Source of the DNA: Polyangiales bacterium
Lineage (GTDB): Bacteria > Myxococcota_A > Polyangia > Polyangiales > Polyangiaceae
Direction of reading: 5' to 3'
Assembly (NCBI GenBank): GCA_038231275.1
Contig: JBBRLQ010000014.1
Span: 1-64,000, forward strand
DNA length: 64,000 nucleotides
Both the position numbers and the translations under genes were made by a program. This document shows positions 1-9,511 of this stretch, in pieces. The notes under the pieces were generated by a model. It saw only the letters and a list, made by a program, of their open reading frames with translations. It had not been told where the DNA came from and did no database searches. Numbering within the stretch: position 1 is the first letter of the stretch; every line of letters begins with the position of its first letter.

Positions 1-838
1 CACCGATCTCGGCGGCCCCACCGCCAACATGTACAAGATGACGTGCAAGGACGACGCGACCGAGAGCGCGTGCCGTCGCCTGTCGTGCGTGCACCCCGGG
101 ATCTGCGAGAACCTCAAGACCGATCACGCGCCGCTCATCGACCTGATGAAGAAGGTGCGGCGCGAGGACGGCATCAAGAAGGTCTTCATCGCGAGCGGCG
201 TCCGCTACGATCTCGCCGAACGAAGCCCCGAATTCGTGAAAGAGCTCGCGCAGCACCACACCGGCGGCCAGCTCTCCGTCGCGCCCGAGCACAACAACGA
301 CAACGTGCTCGGCAAGATGAAGAAGCCGAGCATCAAGAGCTACGAGCGCTTCGCGCAGGCGTTCTGTCAGGCGAGCGAGGAGGCGGGCAAGGAGCAGTAC
401 CTCGTCCCGTACTTCATCACCGGCCACCCCGGCTCGACCCTGAAGGACACCGTCGAGCTCGCGCTCTACTTGAAAGAGAACGCGATGCGGCCGCGGCAGG
501 TGCAGGACTTCATCCCGACGCCGATGGCCGTGGCGACGACGATGTTCTACACGGGGACCGACCCGCTCACGATGGAGCCCGTGTATTCTGCACGTGATTT
601 GCGCGAAAAGCGGATGATGAAGGCGCTCATCTTCTATTGGGACGAGCAGCACTGGCCGCTCGCGCGCGAGGCGCTGATCAAGGCCGGGCGGCGCGATCTC
701 ATCGGCACCGGACCGCGATGCCTCGTCCCGCCCGATCGAGGTCCGGGGGCACGTCCCGGCGCGAGCCGCGGTGTGCCTCGCGGTGGGCGCGCGCCGATCG
801 CGACGCGCCGCGGTCCGCCGGGCCGCCGACCGCGCTAG
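1..838 (+). CDS. YgiQ-family radical SAM protein, C-terminal part (5'-truncated by window)
   Basis: Frame is open from the window start: DLGGPTANMY, SGVRYDL, VAPEH, PYFITGHPG and QVQDFIPTP motifs typical of YgiQ/UPF0313. Confidence 0.9.
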   Translation, partial: TDLGGPTANMYKMTCKDDATESACRRLSCVHPGICENLKTDHAPLIDLMKKVRREDGIKKVFIASGVRYDLAERSPEFVKELAQHHTGGQLSVAPEHNNDNVLGKMKKPSIKSYERFAQAFCQASEEAGKEQYLVPYFITGHPGSTLKDTVELALYLKENAMRPRQVQDFIPTPMAVATTMFYTGTDPLTMEPVYSARDLREKRMMKALIFYWDEQHWPLAREALIKAGRRDLIGTGPRCLVPPDRGPGARPGASRGVPRGGRAPIATRRGPPGRRPR

Positions 839-843
839 CCGCC

Positions 844-1437
844 ATGACCCGGGATTCCGCTCCCGATCTCGCCGTGCGCGCGCGCGCCGGAGATCCCGAG
901 GCGCTCGAGGAGCTCATGCGCGTGCACCGCGCGCAGGTGGTCCGGTACGCGATGCGCCTCTGCATCTCGCCCGCCGACGCCGAGGACGCGACGCAAGAGG
1001 TCCTCCTCGCGCTCGCGCGTTACATCGGATCGCTTCGTGAGGTCGCCGCTCTCTCGGGCTGGCTCTTCGCCGCGGTACGCACGCACTGCACTCGCCTCGC
1101 GCGCCGCTCGCTGCGCCACGCGCTCTCGCTCGATGAAGGCGCGCCCCTCGAGATCGAAGGGCCTACGCCCGAAGAGCAGCTCGTCGATCGCCAGCTTCGC
1201 GCGCGCCTAGCGGTGATCCTCTCCGAGCTCGAGCCGTCGTTGCGCGAGGTCATCGTCCGTCGCGACGTCGAGGGCGAAAGCACCGAAGAGACCGCGCGTG
1301 CGCTTGGCTTGACGGTCCCCGCCATGAAGACGCGCTTGCACAAGGCGCGCGCCGAAGCGAAACGCCGCCTCCTCGCGTCGCTCGACGCGCAATCGGCCCC
1401 CCGCCGGTCGATTTTCGAAATCCTCCGCCCCCGCTGA
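844..1437 (+). CDS. ECF-type RNA polymerase sigma factor
   Basis: Region 2 DAEDATQE...WLF; region 4 EETARALGLTVPAMKTRLHKAR; ATG at 844 just after the upstream stop. Confidence 0.88.
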   Translation: MTRDSAPDLAVRARAGDPEALEELMRVHRAQVVRYAMRLCISPADAEDATQEVLLALARYIGSLREVAALSGWLFAAVRTHCTRLARRSLRHALSLDEGAPLEIEGPTPEEQLVDRQLRARLAVILSELEPSLREVIVRRDVEGESTEETARALGLTVPAMKTRLHKARAEAKRRLLASLDAQSAPRRSIFEILRPR

Positions 1438-1461
1438 GGCTCTTACGGGCGGAGGTTCACG

Positions 1462-2094
1462 ATGAAGGTCTACGGCCACCCGCTGAGCAGCTGCACGCGC
1501 AAGGTCCTCATCACGCTGGCAGAGAAGGGGCAACCCTGGGAGCTCATCGTCGTCGATTTATTCACCGCGGAGCAGAGGGCGAGCGCGCACATGGCGCGGC
1601 ACCCGTTCGGCGTCGTGCCGGTCCTCGCCGACGACGGCTTCGTCCTCTACGAATCGCGCGCGATCGTGCGCTACCTCGATCGCCGCTTCCCCGATCCGCC
1701 GCTCGTCCCGTCGTCGGCGCGCGCGGCGGCGCGGATGGACCAGTGGCTCAGCGTCGATCAGTCGTACGTCGCGCCTCACACGCGCGCGCTCGCCATCGAG
1801 CGGATCGTGAAGAAGCACGAAGGCAAAGAGCCCGATCTCGCCGTGACGCGCGCGTCGGAGGGGGCGCTCTCTTCGGCGCTCGCGGTTTACGATCGCGCCC
1901 TCGCCGAGTCGACGTTCCTCGGTGGAGAGGCGTTCTCTCTCGCCGACGTGTCGCTCATGCCCTACGTCGCGAGCCTCCCGATGATCGGCGCGCAGCACCT
2001 CCTCGCGCCCCTCGCGAGCCTGCGTGCGTGGTGGGAGCGCGCGCAGTCGCGACCGTCGTGGCGCGCGCTCATGGCCCCGGCGTCGGCTCCTTGA
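1462..2094 (+). CDS. Glutathione S-transferase family protein
   Basis: HPFGVVPVL, LYESRAIVRYL and FSLADV motifs; GGAGG RBS upstream. Confidence 0.92.
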   Translation: MKVYGHPLSSCTRKVLITLAEKGQPWELIVVDLFTAEQRASAHMARHPFGVVPVLADDGFVLYESRAIVRYLDRRFPDPPLVPSSARAAARMDQWLSVDQSYVAPHTRALAIERIVKKHEGKEPDLAVTRASEGALSSALAVYDRALAESTFLGGEAFSLADVSLMPYVASLPMIGAQHLLAPLASLRAWWERAQSRPSWRALMAPASAP

Positions 2095-2130
2095 ACGTGA
2101 ACGCGAACGCCGACGCCGCGCTCGTCATCG

Positions 2131-2787
2131 TCACACCTTCATCTGCGCCAGATCGGACGGCACCTTCAGCGTCGGCTCGGTGCGGTCCTGCACCTCGCGC
2201 GCGGACACGCCTGGCGCCACCTCGCGGAGCACGAGCCCGTCGCTCGTCACGTCCATTACCGCCAAATCCGTGATGATCCGGTGCACGACGCGCCGTCCGG
2301 TGAGCGGCAGGTTGCACTCCTTCAGGATCTTCGGCGCTCCGTCTTTCGCCGCGTGATCCATGATCACGACGACGCGCTTGGCGCTCGCGACGAGATCCAT
2401 CGCGCCGCCCATCCCCTTGACCATCTTGCCGGGGATCATCCAGTTGGCGAGATCGCCGCGCTCCGAGACCTGCATCGCGCCGAGGATGGCGAGATCGATG
2501 TGGCCGCCGCGGATCATCTCGAAGCTCTCGGAGCTCGAGAAGATCGACGAGCCGGCGAGCATCGTCACCGTCTCTTTGCCGGCGTTGATGAGATCGGCGT
2601 CGAGCTTGTCTTCGGTGGGGTAGGGGCCGATACCGAGGAGGCCGTTCTCGGATTGCAGGACGACCTCGACGCCCTTCGGGATGAAGTTCGACACGAGGGT
2701 CGGCATGCCGATGCCGAGGTTCACGTAGTAGCCGTCCTTGAGCTCCTGCGCGGCGCGAATGGCCATCTGGTCGCGATTGAGGGCCAT
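2131..2787 (-). CDS. scoB: 3-oxoacid CoA-transferase subunit B
   Basis: YVNLGIGMP, catalytic [21 protein letters not shown]; start at MALNRDQ (2787). Confidence 0.92.
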   Translation of the reverse strand: MALNRDQMAIRAAQELKDGYYVNLGIGMPTLVSNFIPKGVEVVLQSENGLLGIGPYPTEDKLDADLINAGKETVTMLAGSSIFSSSESFEMIRGGHIDLAILGAMQVSERGDLANWMIPGKMVKGMGGAMDLVASAKRVVVIMDHAAKDGAPKILKECNLPLTGRRVVHRIITDLAVMDVTSDGLVLREVAPGVSAREVQDRTEPTLKVPSDLAQMKV

Positions 2788-2789
2788 GA

Positions 2790-3539
2790 CTAGCTCTTCC
2801 TCGTGGTCTTGCGCTCGATGCGCTTCTCGAATTTCTCGCCCTTGAAGATGCGCTGCACGTAGATGCTCGGCGTGTGGACGGTGTCCGGGTCGAGCTGGCC
2901 GACGTCGACGAGCTCTTCGACCTCGGCGATCGTGATCTTGCCGGCGGCTGCGACCATCGGGTTGAAGTTCATCGCGGTGTGCCGGTAGACGAGGTTGCCG
3001 AAGCGGTCGCCCTTCCACGCCTTCACGATGGCGTAGTCGCCCTTGATGGCGGGCTCGAGGACGTGGAGCTTGCCGTCGAACTCGCGCGTCTCCTTCTTGG
3101 TCGAGAGCTTCGCGACGCTGCCGTCGGCGGCGTACTTGAGCGGGAGACCACCGTCGCTCACAGCGGTGCCGGCGCCGGTCGGCGTGAAGAAGGCGGGAAT
3201 TCCCGCGCCGCCCGCGCGAAGGCGCTCGGCGAGGGTCCCCTGCGGACAGAGCTCCACCTCGAGCTCGCCCTTCAAGTACTGCCGCTCGAACTCCTTGTTC
3301 TCGCCGACGTAGCTCGAGATCATCTTCACGATCTGCTTGTTGGCGAGCAGCACGCCGAGGCCGAAGTCGTCGACGCCGCAGTTGTTGCTGACGACCGTGA
3401 GGCCCTTGGTGCCGAGCTCGCGCAGCGCGCGGATGCAGTTCTCGGGGATGCCGCAGAGGCCGAAGCCGCCCGCGAGCAGCGTGATGCCGTCGGGGATGTC
3501 GGCGCAGGCGTCGTGCGCGCTCTTGAAGACTTTGTCCAT
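2790..3539 (-). CDS. scoA: 3-oxoacid CoA-transferase subunit A
   Basis: [29 protein letters not shown]; 2 bp from subunit B. Confidence 0.92.
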   Translation of the reverse strand: MDKVFKSAHDACADIPDGITLLAGGFGLCGIPENCIRALRELGTKGLTVVSNNCGVDDFGLGVLLANKQIVKMISSYVGENKEFERQYLKGELEVELCPQGTLAERLRAGGAGIPAFFTPTGAGTAVSDGGLPLKYAADGSVAKLSTKKETREFDGKLHVLEPAIKGDYAIVKAWKGDRFGNLVYRHTAMNFNPMVAAAGKITIAEVEELVDVGQLDPDTVHTPSIYVQRIFKGEKFEKRIERKTTRKS

Positions 3540-3600
3540 TGCGCCGCCACCCTACTCCGGGTGAGGCCGGCCGTTCAATGCGTACGGCCGAGCGGCCCGC

Positions 3601-3921
3601 TCACGCCTTCGAGCCGCCGAGGCACGGGGGCGAGGCGTTTCCCTCGGGTGACGCCGCCCACTCCGCCGGCGTCCGGCTCGTGATGGCGAGCGCGTGCACG
3701 CGGCCCGGCTGCATCTCCTCGGCGAGCGCCTTGTAGATGAGCTGGTGCCGCGCGACGGGCAGCTTGCCGTGGAACGCCTGCGAGACCACGACGACGCGAA
3801 AGTGCGTCTCCGATCCCTTGGGGACGTTGTGGTTCGCGCTCTCGTTCTCCACCTCGAGAACCTCCGGCACGAGCGCGGCGCGGAGCTTGTCTTCGATCGT
3901 TCGGGCGAGGGAGGCGTTCAC
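3601..3921 (-). CDS. bolA: BolA family protein
   Basis: NESANH, GSETHF, RHQLIY and VHALAI motifs. GTG at 3921 lies 7 nt after a perfect TATAAT; the alternative start is ATG 3930. Confidence 0.88.
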   Translation of the reverse strand: MNASLARTIEDKLRAALVPEVLEVENESANHNVPKGSETHFRVVVVSQAFHGKLPVARHQLIYKALAEEMQPGRVHALAITSRTPAEWAASPEGNASPPCLGGSKA

Positions 3922-3928
3922 GGTCCTC

Positions 3929-3934
3929 ATTATA
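3929..3934 (-). promoter_or_regulatory. Sigma70-type -10 box (TATAAT), probable leaderless bolA promoter
   Basis: Minus strand reads TATAAT-gaggacc-GTG. Confidence 0.55.
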
Positions 3935-3943
3935 GCGCGTGCC

Positions 3944-4084
3944 TCAGCGTGCGCCGAGGCCAAGCCGGGGACGACGCGGTGCGGCCCGGCCGATCATCGG
4001 CACCACTGTCACGACGAAGAGCGTGGCGAGGAGCAGGAACGCGGAGCCAACGGGGCCGACCAGGGTGAAGAGGTTGTCGAACAT
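3944..4084 (-). CDS. Putative small membrane protein, 46 aa (not in ORF track)
   Basis: AGGAGG Shine-Dalgarno just upstream of ATG; MFDNLFTLVGPVGSAFLLLATLFVVTVVPMIGRAAPRRPRLGLGAR has one hydrophobic helix and a basic tail. Confidence 0.6.
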   Translation of the reverse strand: MFDNLFTLVGPVGSAFLLLATLFVVTVVPMIGRAAPRRPRLGLGAR

Positions 4085-4295
4085 GGGATCCTCCTAAAGC
4101 TCGCTTGGGGGGTCGGAAAGCTGACCGAAGAACCGACTGACCAAATCGATGTTCTAGTCATAATGCCGGTTGCGGTGTTTGCAAGGGGGGCCCCATCTTT
4201 TTCATCGACCGGGTTAATGTTCTTTTAATTCAGACAATTGCGACCAGTCCACGTGGTTTGACGACCCCATGAACTGCGCGTATGACCGCTCGACG

Positions 4296-4886
4296 ATGAC
4301 GAACCAAAGCCAGACGGGATGGGCGGGGCTCAGTTTGGTGCTCGCGGCCGCGATGTTCGGATGCGGCACGCCGCCCCCCGGGTCTCCCGTGGCGACGACG
4401 GCCGCCACGCCGGTGGTCGAAGGTCGCGACATCGGCAAGGTCGACCCGAACGCGTGCAGCACGGCGGGCTTCGTCGCCCAGGCCGGCGCGTCGTGCAAAG
4501 AGGTGCGGAGCAAAAACGCGCAAGGGGGCAGCCAGAAGGTGCAAGCCGCGACGGCCAACGACGGCGACGCGTGCACGGTTTGGAACTCCGGGGGCGTGCC
4601 TCCTCAGACGATCACGATCGATCTCGAGAAGGACAGCGCCGTCTCCGGGATCCTCCTCGTGCCCGATATGACGCCGCCCGAGGGAGACGTCACGCACACG
4701 CTGGAGACGTCGAGCGACGGCGACACGTGGACGGCGATCGCGGTCGTGAAGCGGAAGATGGTCGACGACCACGTCTACGCGGTGAGCTTCCCCAAGAAGG
4801 TGACGACGCGCTTCCTCCGCGTCGCGACGACGGCGTCGATGTCGTGGGTCGCGTGGGCCGAGGTCGCGCCGCTCCTGTGCAACTGA
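4296..4886 (+). CDS. Lipoprotein with discoidin (F5/8 type C-like) domain
   Basis: Lipobox MFGC; ANDGDACTVWNSG, ITIDL, SSDGDTW, RFLRV and AWAEV are discoidin-like motifs. Confidence 0.72.
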   Translation: MTNQSQTGWAGLSLVLAAAMFGCGTPPPGSPVATTAATPVVEGRDIGKVDPNACSTAGFVAQAGASCKEVRSKNAQGGSQKVQAATANDGDACTVWNSGGVPPQTITIDLEKDSAVSGILLVPDMTPPEGDVTHTLETSSDGDTWTAIAVVKRKMVDDHVYAVSFPKKVTTRFLRVATTASMSWVAWAEVAPLLCN

Positions 4887-4908
4887 CGTCGCGATCGACG
4901 GCGCCGGA

Positions 4909-5571
4909 TCACTGCTGGAAGCAGACGAGCGATGCCTTGCCGTCGCAGCGTCCGTGCGCGTGCCCGCCGCCCCACGCCGTGTCGGAGCGCAGCCCGGTGC
5001 CCGTCATCGCCGTGGCGTCGGCCGTGGCCTTCGTCCAGCCGCCACAGTCGTCGCCGGCGAACGCGCCCGCGGAGTCGCTGCCCGACCACACGGCGCCGAT
5101 CGGGAAGGCGCCCGTCTCGTCGAGCAGATCGGCCTGAGGCGCGCCGCGCAGATCGCCCTTGGCGCCGAACGCGAGCGCGCCCTTCGTCGTGTACCAAGGA
5201 CCGTCCGCCATGCGATCGAACGCGTTGGTCGTGCCGTCGGAGATCCACGCGCGAAAGACCCCGGAGAGGCCGCGCCCGTCGGCGAGCTGCTGGCAATCGG
5301 CGTCCGCCGCCGTCACGCTGCCGAGCGCGCCCGAGTATTCGAGGGACGTGACGAACACATGCTTGCTCGCCGACGACGGCGTCGGGCTCGGGGACGTGGA
5401 CGGCGGCGGCGACGCGGTGGAGGTGCCGCCGCCCGGAGACGTCGTGCTCGAGGACGAAGAGCAGCCGCTCCCGCCGTCGTCGTGATGGTGGTGATGCTCG
5501 TGATCGAACGCCTGAACCGTCGCGGGGAGGAGCACGAAGGCGAGCACGACCAAGGAAGCGCGTCCAAGCAT
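4909..5571 (-). CDS. Secreted protein with DUF1554-like C-terminal domain
   Basis: Signal peptide ending VQA; His/Ser/Pro-rich linker; VFVTS..YSG.LG..AADADCQ..A, FRAWIS, WSG and CxxW motifs. Confidence 0.62.
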   Translation of the reverse strand: MLGRASLVVLAFVLLPATVQAFDHEHHHHHDDGGSGCSSSSSTTSPGGGTSTASPPPSTSPSPTPSSASKHVFVTSLEYSGALGSVTAADADCQQLADGRGLSGVFRAWISDGTTNAFDRMADGPWYTTKGALAFGAKGDLRGAPQADLLDETGAFPIGAVWSGSDSAGAFAGDDCGGWTKATADATAMTGTGLRSDTAWGGGHAHGRCDGKASLVCFQQ

Positions 5572-5689
5572 GGGGTCGATATCAGCAACCGACGTGCCAC
5601 GTAGGACCGCCGCGATTTCAGGCCAATGCGCGCGGGGCACCAACTCCCGTTCACAGCGACTCGTTGTCCGGTCGGCCGATGTCGCGAAT

Positions 5690-6751
5690 TTGGCCCGGGT
5701 CGCGCGCGCGTGCTTCCTATCGGACACCGTGCGAGTTGCGCTGTTCGCCCTCTGCTCCGCCGTGTCGTACTTTTCTGGCGCACCCGCGCCCGTCACGAGG
5801 GCGCCCGCGTCGATCGCGCCGCACGCGCCCGAGAAGGTCGCGGAGGAGCACGCGAAGAAGCCGGCCGGAGCGATTTGGGGACACAGCGTCGGATCCCCCA
5901 CCGAGGGACGCCTCGTCGGTGGCTCGCACCTCGACGAGACGACGTACCTCCGCATCGTTCCTTCGTACGCGTACGGCGACGTGCGGTGGGGCACCGGCCC
6001 GCTCGTCGGCGCGGTCGATCGCGCCGCCCGTCAGGTGCGCCACCTGTTCCCCGACGCCGTCCTCTCGGCGGGTCAGCTCAGTAGGCAAGGCGGCGGCGAG
6101 GTCGATCGCCACGCGTCGCACGAGAGCGGTCGCGACGCCGATCTCGGATTTTACGTGCGCAGCCAGACCGGCAAGCCGCTCCTCGCCGACCACTTCGTGC
6201 AGTTTCGCGGTGACGGCAGCGCGGTCTCCTGGCCAGGCGCGTTCTTCGACGACGCGCGCAACTGGGCGCTCGTCTCGGCGCTCGTCACCGACGGCGTCGC
6301 GCACGTGACGCACATCTTCGTCGCCACGCCGCTGCGCGCACGCCTCATGGCCTACGCAGAGCGCGTCGGCGCGCCGGCGCACATCCGCGTCCGCGCGAGT
6401 GAGGTGATGGCGCAGCCGCACGGTGCGCTCCCGCACGACGATCACTTCCACGTACGCATCGGGTGTCCTGCGAACATGGCCGGGTGCGTCGAGGACCCGA
6501 CTGCCAAGAAGCCACGCTTCGCGCATGTCCCTGTCCCCCATGGCCGAAACCACACCGGCATCGGCAACGCCGCCCACAACGCCCGCGCGACTCCGAACGC
6601 GACTCCGAGTCCGACCCCGACTCCGAACGCGACTCCGAGTCCGACTCCGACTCCCACTCCGACTCCCGCTCCGCGCGCCGATCGGCCCGACGAGGCGCCG
6701 GCGATGCTGATCGACGACGTGGACGGGATCTTCGGCGCGGATCCGCACTAG
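5690..6751 (+). CDS. Penicillin-insensitive murein endopeptidase (MepA/M74 family); start uncertain
   Basis: SVGSPTEGRL, HASHESGRDAD and HDDHFHVR Zn-binding LAS motifs; Pro/Thr tail. Confidence 0.82.
   Translation: MARVARACFLSDTVRVALFALCSAVSYFSGAPAPVTRAPASIAPHAPEKVAEEHAKKPAGAIWGHSVGSPTEGRLVGGSHLDETTYLRIVPSYAYGDVRWGTGPLVGAVDRAARQVRHLFPDAVLSAGQLSRQGGGEVDRHASHESGRDADLGFYVRSQTGKPLLADHFVQFRGDGSAVSWPGAFFDDARNWALVSALVTDGVAHVTHIFVATPLRARLMAYAERVGAPAHIRVRASEVMAQPHGALPHDDHFHVRIGCPANMAGCVEDPTAKKPRFAHVPVPHGRNHTGIGNAAHNARATPNATPSPTPTPNATPSPTPTPTPTPAPRADRPDEAPAMLIDDVDGIFGADPH
6587..6673 (+). repeat. Degenerate (GACTCC)n hexamer repeat with a 30-bp tandem duplication, encoding a Pro-Thr linker
   Basis: gactccgaacgcgactccgagtccgac occurs at 6589 and 6619, followed by ccgact-like units. 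Confidence 0.85.
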
Positions 6752-6784
6752 CCTTCCTCTACTTGGGGTAGAATCGATCCTGAA

Positions 6785-9484
6785 ATGGTCGATCGTCTGA
6801 GCTACGCCCCGTCGGGCTCGGCCGTCCTGGATCGCCGGGCGGTCTTGGTCGGGCGCGCCAGCGAGCTTCGTGAGCTCGAAGACGCGCTCTGGCACGTCCG
6901 CGCGACCGGCAGCGCGCGCATCGTCACGGTGCTCGGCGCCAACGGCATTGGTAAGACGCGCCTCGTCCGCGATTTCTTGATGAAGATGCGGGGGAACAAC
7001 GCCAAGGACGCGCCGCGCGTGTTCCGCGGCTCGGCGCGCGATCAGGGCGCAGCGTATGGCGTCTTCGCCCGCGTGCTGCGCGCGCGCTTCGGGATCGTCG
7101 AGGGGATGGATCCCGAGGCCGCGAAGGCGCAGGTGCGCACGCAGGTCGCCGCGGTGCTCGAGGATCGCAAGGTCGGGGACGTCGTCTACTTTCTCGGGCA
7201 GCTCCTCGATCTCGATTTCCAGGACTCGCCGCTCATCAAGGCGGTGCGCAGCGACGCTCAGCAGATGCGGTCGCTCCGCCGCGCGATCATCAAGACGTTC
7301 CTCGAGGCCGACGCGAAGTCCAAGGGGCAGCTAACCGGGCCGCTCGTCCTCTTGTTCGACGATCTCCACAACGCGCACGACGAGTCGCTCGATCTCCTCG
7401 GCACGCTGATGGACACGCTCGAGGGGCAGATCCTCATCATCTGCCTCGCGCGCCCCGAGATGACGGCCCGGCGCGACGGCTGGCTGCGCCACGGCGGCGA
7501 GCGTCACAGCGTCATCGAGCTATCGCCGCTCTCCGATCCCGAGGCCGCGACCGTGATGCGCGATCTGTTGAAGCCATGCGGCGACGAGGAGGCAGTCGAG
7601 GATTTGATCGACGCCGCGTCGACGCTCGCCGGCGGCAGCCCCGCGCTCCTCGAGCAGATGGTCCGCATCTTCCTCGACATGGGGGTGCTCGAGGTCAAAG
7701 ACGACTTCGCCGAAGAAGAGTCGTGGACGATCCACGTCGAGAAGCTGGCGAGCGTGAAGCTCCCGCTCACCGTCGAGGACGCGGTGCAGGCGCGCATCTC
7801 CGCGCTGGCTCACGCCGAACGAGATTTGCTCGAGCGTGCCGCGGTGATGGGCGGCGTCTTCTGGCTCGGCGGCCTCCTCTCGATCCACCGCCTCGACGAG
7901 ACCCCGCCGGAAGTTTGGCTCGTGGGGGACACGCCCGACGTCGCGCAAGTGAAGGAGCTCTTGAAGGAGCTCGTCGAGCGTGACTACGTGCTGAAGCTCC
8001 CCGACAGCACCTTCGCGGGCGACGAAGAGTACGTCTTCAAGCACAACCTGGAGCGCGAGGCGCTCCTCAAGCTCACGTCGCCCGGCGCGGCGAAGAGGTT
8101 CCACCAAGCCATCGCCGACTGGCTCGCCTTCAAGGAGCACGTCCAGACGCAAGAGGAGTACGTCGGCATGCTCGCGCGCCACCGCGAGAAGGCGGGGAGC
8201 CTCGTGCAAGCGGCGGTCGCCTACCTGCAAGCGGCCGACGTCGCGCGCGAGAGGTACGCGAACGCCAAGGCGGCCGAGCACTACGTGAAGGGGCTCGGGC
8301 TCCTGAAGCAAGGCGCCGAGGCCGATGCCGAGCAGCGCATCCGCGCGCTCCATCACTACGGTGACGTGCTCCAGGCGCTGGGGCGAAACGAAGAGGCGCT
8401 CGCCGCGTTCCGCGACATGCTCGGCCTCGCGTTCAAGCTGGATCTGCGCGCCAAAGGCGGCGCCGCCCATTCGCGCATCGGTCGTCTTTACCGCGAGACG
8501 GGGCGGCTCGACGAGGCGTCGCGTCACCTCGAGGCCGGACTCGCGCTCTTCGAAGGCGCCGCAGACGATCGCGGCATCGCCAGCGCCGTCGACGACATCG
8601 GCAAGCTCTTCTGGCTTCGCGGCGACTACAAGAACGCGCTCGAGAACACGCAGCGCGCGCTCGTCATGCGCCGAAAAATCGGCGATCGCCGCTCGATCGC
8701 GCTGTCGCTCAACAACTTGGGCCTCGTCTACCAGGACTCGGGTCAGTTCAAGCTGGCGCTCGACGCGTTCGAGCAGGCGCTCCGCATCCGCCGCGAAATC
8801 GGGGATCTCGTCGGTGTCTCGATCTCGCTCAACAACCTCGGCACGGTGGCGCAAGACCAGCGCGACGATCGCCGCGCGCTCGAGCTCTTCGAAGAGGCGT
8901 TCGACGTCGCCGAAGAGACCGGCGATCGCAACCGCATCGCGCTCATCCTCACGAACCTCGGCGAGACCCACAACCGGCTCGGCAACCCGCACAAGGCCGT
9001 CGACTTTCTCAAGAAGGCGGAGGGGCTCGCCGACGAGCTCGGCGACAAGCTCGGCCTCGCTGAAGCGGCGCGCGGGCTCGGGAAGGCGTACCTGTCGCAG
9101 CGCGAGTTCACCAAGGCGCGCGAATGCACGGCGCGCGCGGTCGAGATCTTCCGCGAGATCCAGAGCAAGGTGCAGCTCGGCGTCGCGCTGCGATCGCTCG
9201 GCGAGGTCACCGCCGCGGGGAGCGCGGGCGGCGAGGGGATCAAGACCGCACGCGGATACCTGCTCCACTCCATCGTGATCTTCGAGGAGATCGGCAACGA
9301 GGTGGAGCTCTCGCGGAGCTGCCGCGCGTACGCGGATCTCTTGCGCGGGACCCCCGATTTTCACGCCGATCCGCAGCTCCAAGCGGAGGCCATCGAGTAC
9401 GCGCGCCGCGCCGACGACATCTTTGCCAGGCTGAAGATCAGCTCCTTCGGCCTCGAGCCGGACGCGTTCTTCACCCCGCGCTGA
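6785..9484 (+). CDS. AAA_16/STAND-type ATPase with C-terminal TPR repeats
   Basis: LVGRASEL, Walker A GANGIGKT, Walker B LLFDDLH, GSP motif, YVFKH, repeated SLNNLG TPRs; TAGAAT upstream. Confidence 0.85.
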   Translation: MVDRLSYAPSGSAVLDRRAVLVGRASELRELEDALWHVRATGSARIVTVLGANGIGKTRLVRDFLMKMRGNNAKDAPRVFRGSARDQGAAYGVFARVLRARFGIVEGMDPEAAKAQVRTQVAAVLEDRKVGDVVYFLGQLLDLDFQDSPLIKAVRSDAQQMRSLRRAIIKTFLEADAKSKGQLTGPLVLLFDDLHNAHDESLDLLGTLMDTLEGQILIICLARPEMTARRDGWLRHGGERHSVIELSPLSDPEAATVMRDLLKPCGDEEAVEDLIDAASTLAGGSPALLEQMVRIFLDMGVLEVKDDFAEEESWTIHVEKLASVKLPLTVEDAVQARISALAHAERDLLERAAVMGGVFWLGGLLSIHRLDETPPEVWLVGDTPDVAQVKELLKELVERDYVLKLPDSTFAGDEEYVFKHNLEREALLKLTSPGAAKRFHQAIADWLAFKEHVQTQEEYVGMLARHREKAGSLVQAAVAYLQAADVARERYANAKAAEHYVKGLGLLKQGAEADAEQRIRALHHYGDVLQALGRNEEALAAFRDMLGLAFKLDLRAKGGAAHSRIGRLYRETGRLDEASRHLEAGLALFEGAADDRGIASAVDDIGKLFWLRGDYKNALENTQRALVMRRKIGDRRSIALSLNNLGLVYQDSGQFKLALDAFEQALRIRREIGDLVGVSISLNNLGTVAQDQRDDRRALELFEEAFDVAEETGDRNRIALILTNLGETHNRLGNPHKAVDFLKKAEGLADELGDKLGLAEAARGLGKAYLSQREFTKARECTARAVEIFREIQSKVQLGVALRSLGEVTAAGSAGGEGIKTARGYLLHSIVIFEEIGNEVELSRSCRAYADLLRGTPDFHADPQLQAEAIEYARRADDIFARLKISSFGLEPDAFFTPR

Positions 9485-9511
9485 ATGCTCTCTCGGTGAT
9501 TTAGGCGCGCG

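Noticed and set aside
2092..2120. Short (GAACGY)n repeat between the convergent GST and scoB genes
   Set aside because: Only 3-4 degenerate copies, too short to assign a function.
6587..6673. Tandem repeats here, at 16305 and at 23545 as a possible CRISPR array
   Set aside because: In-frame hexamer microsatellites without unique spacers; no cas genes in the window.
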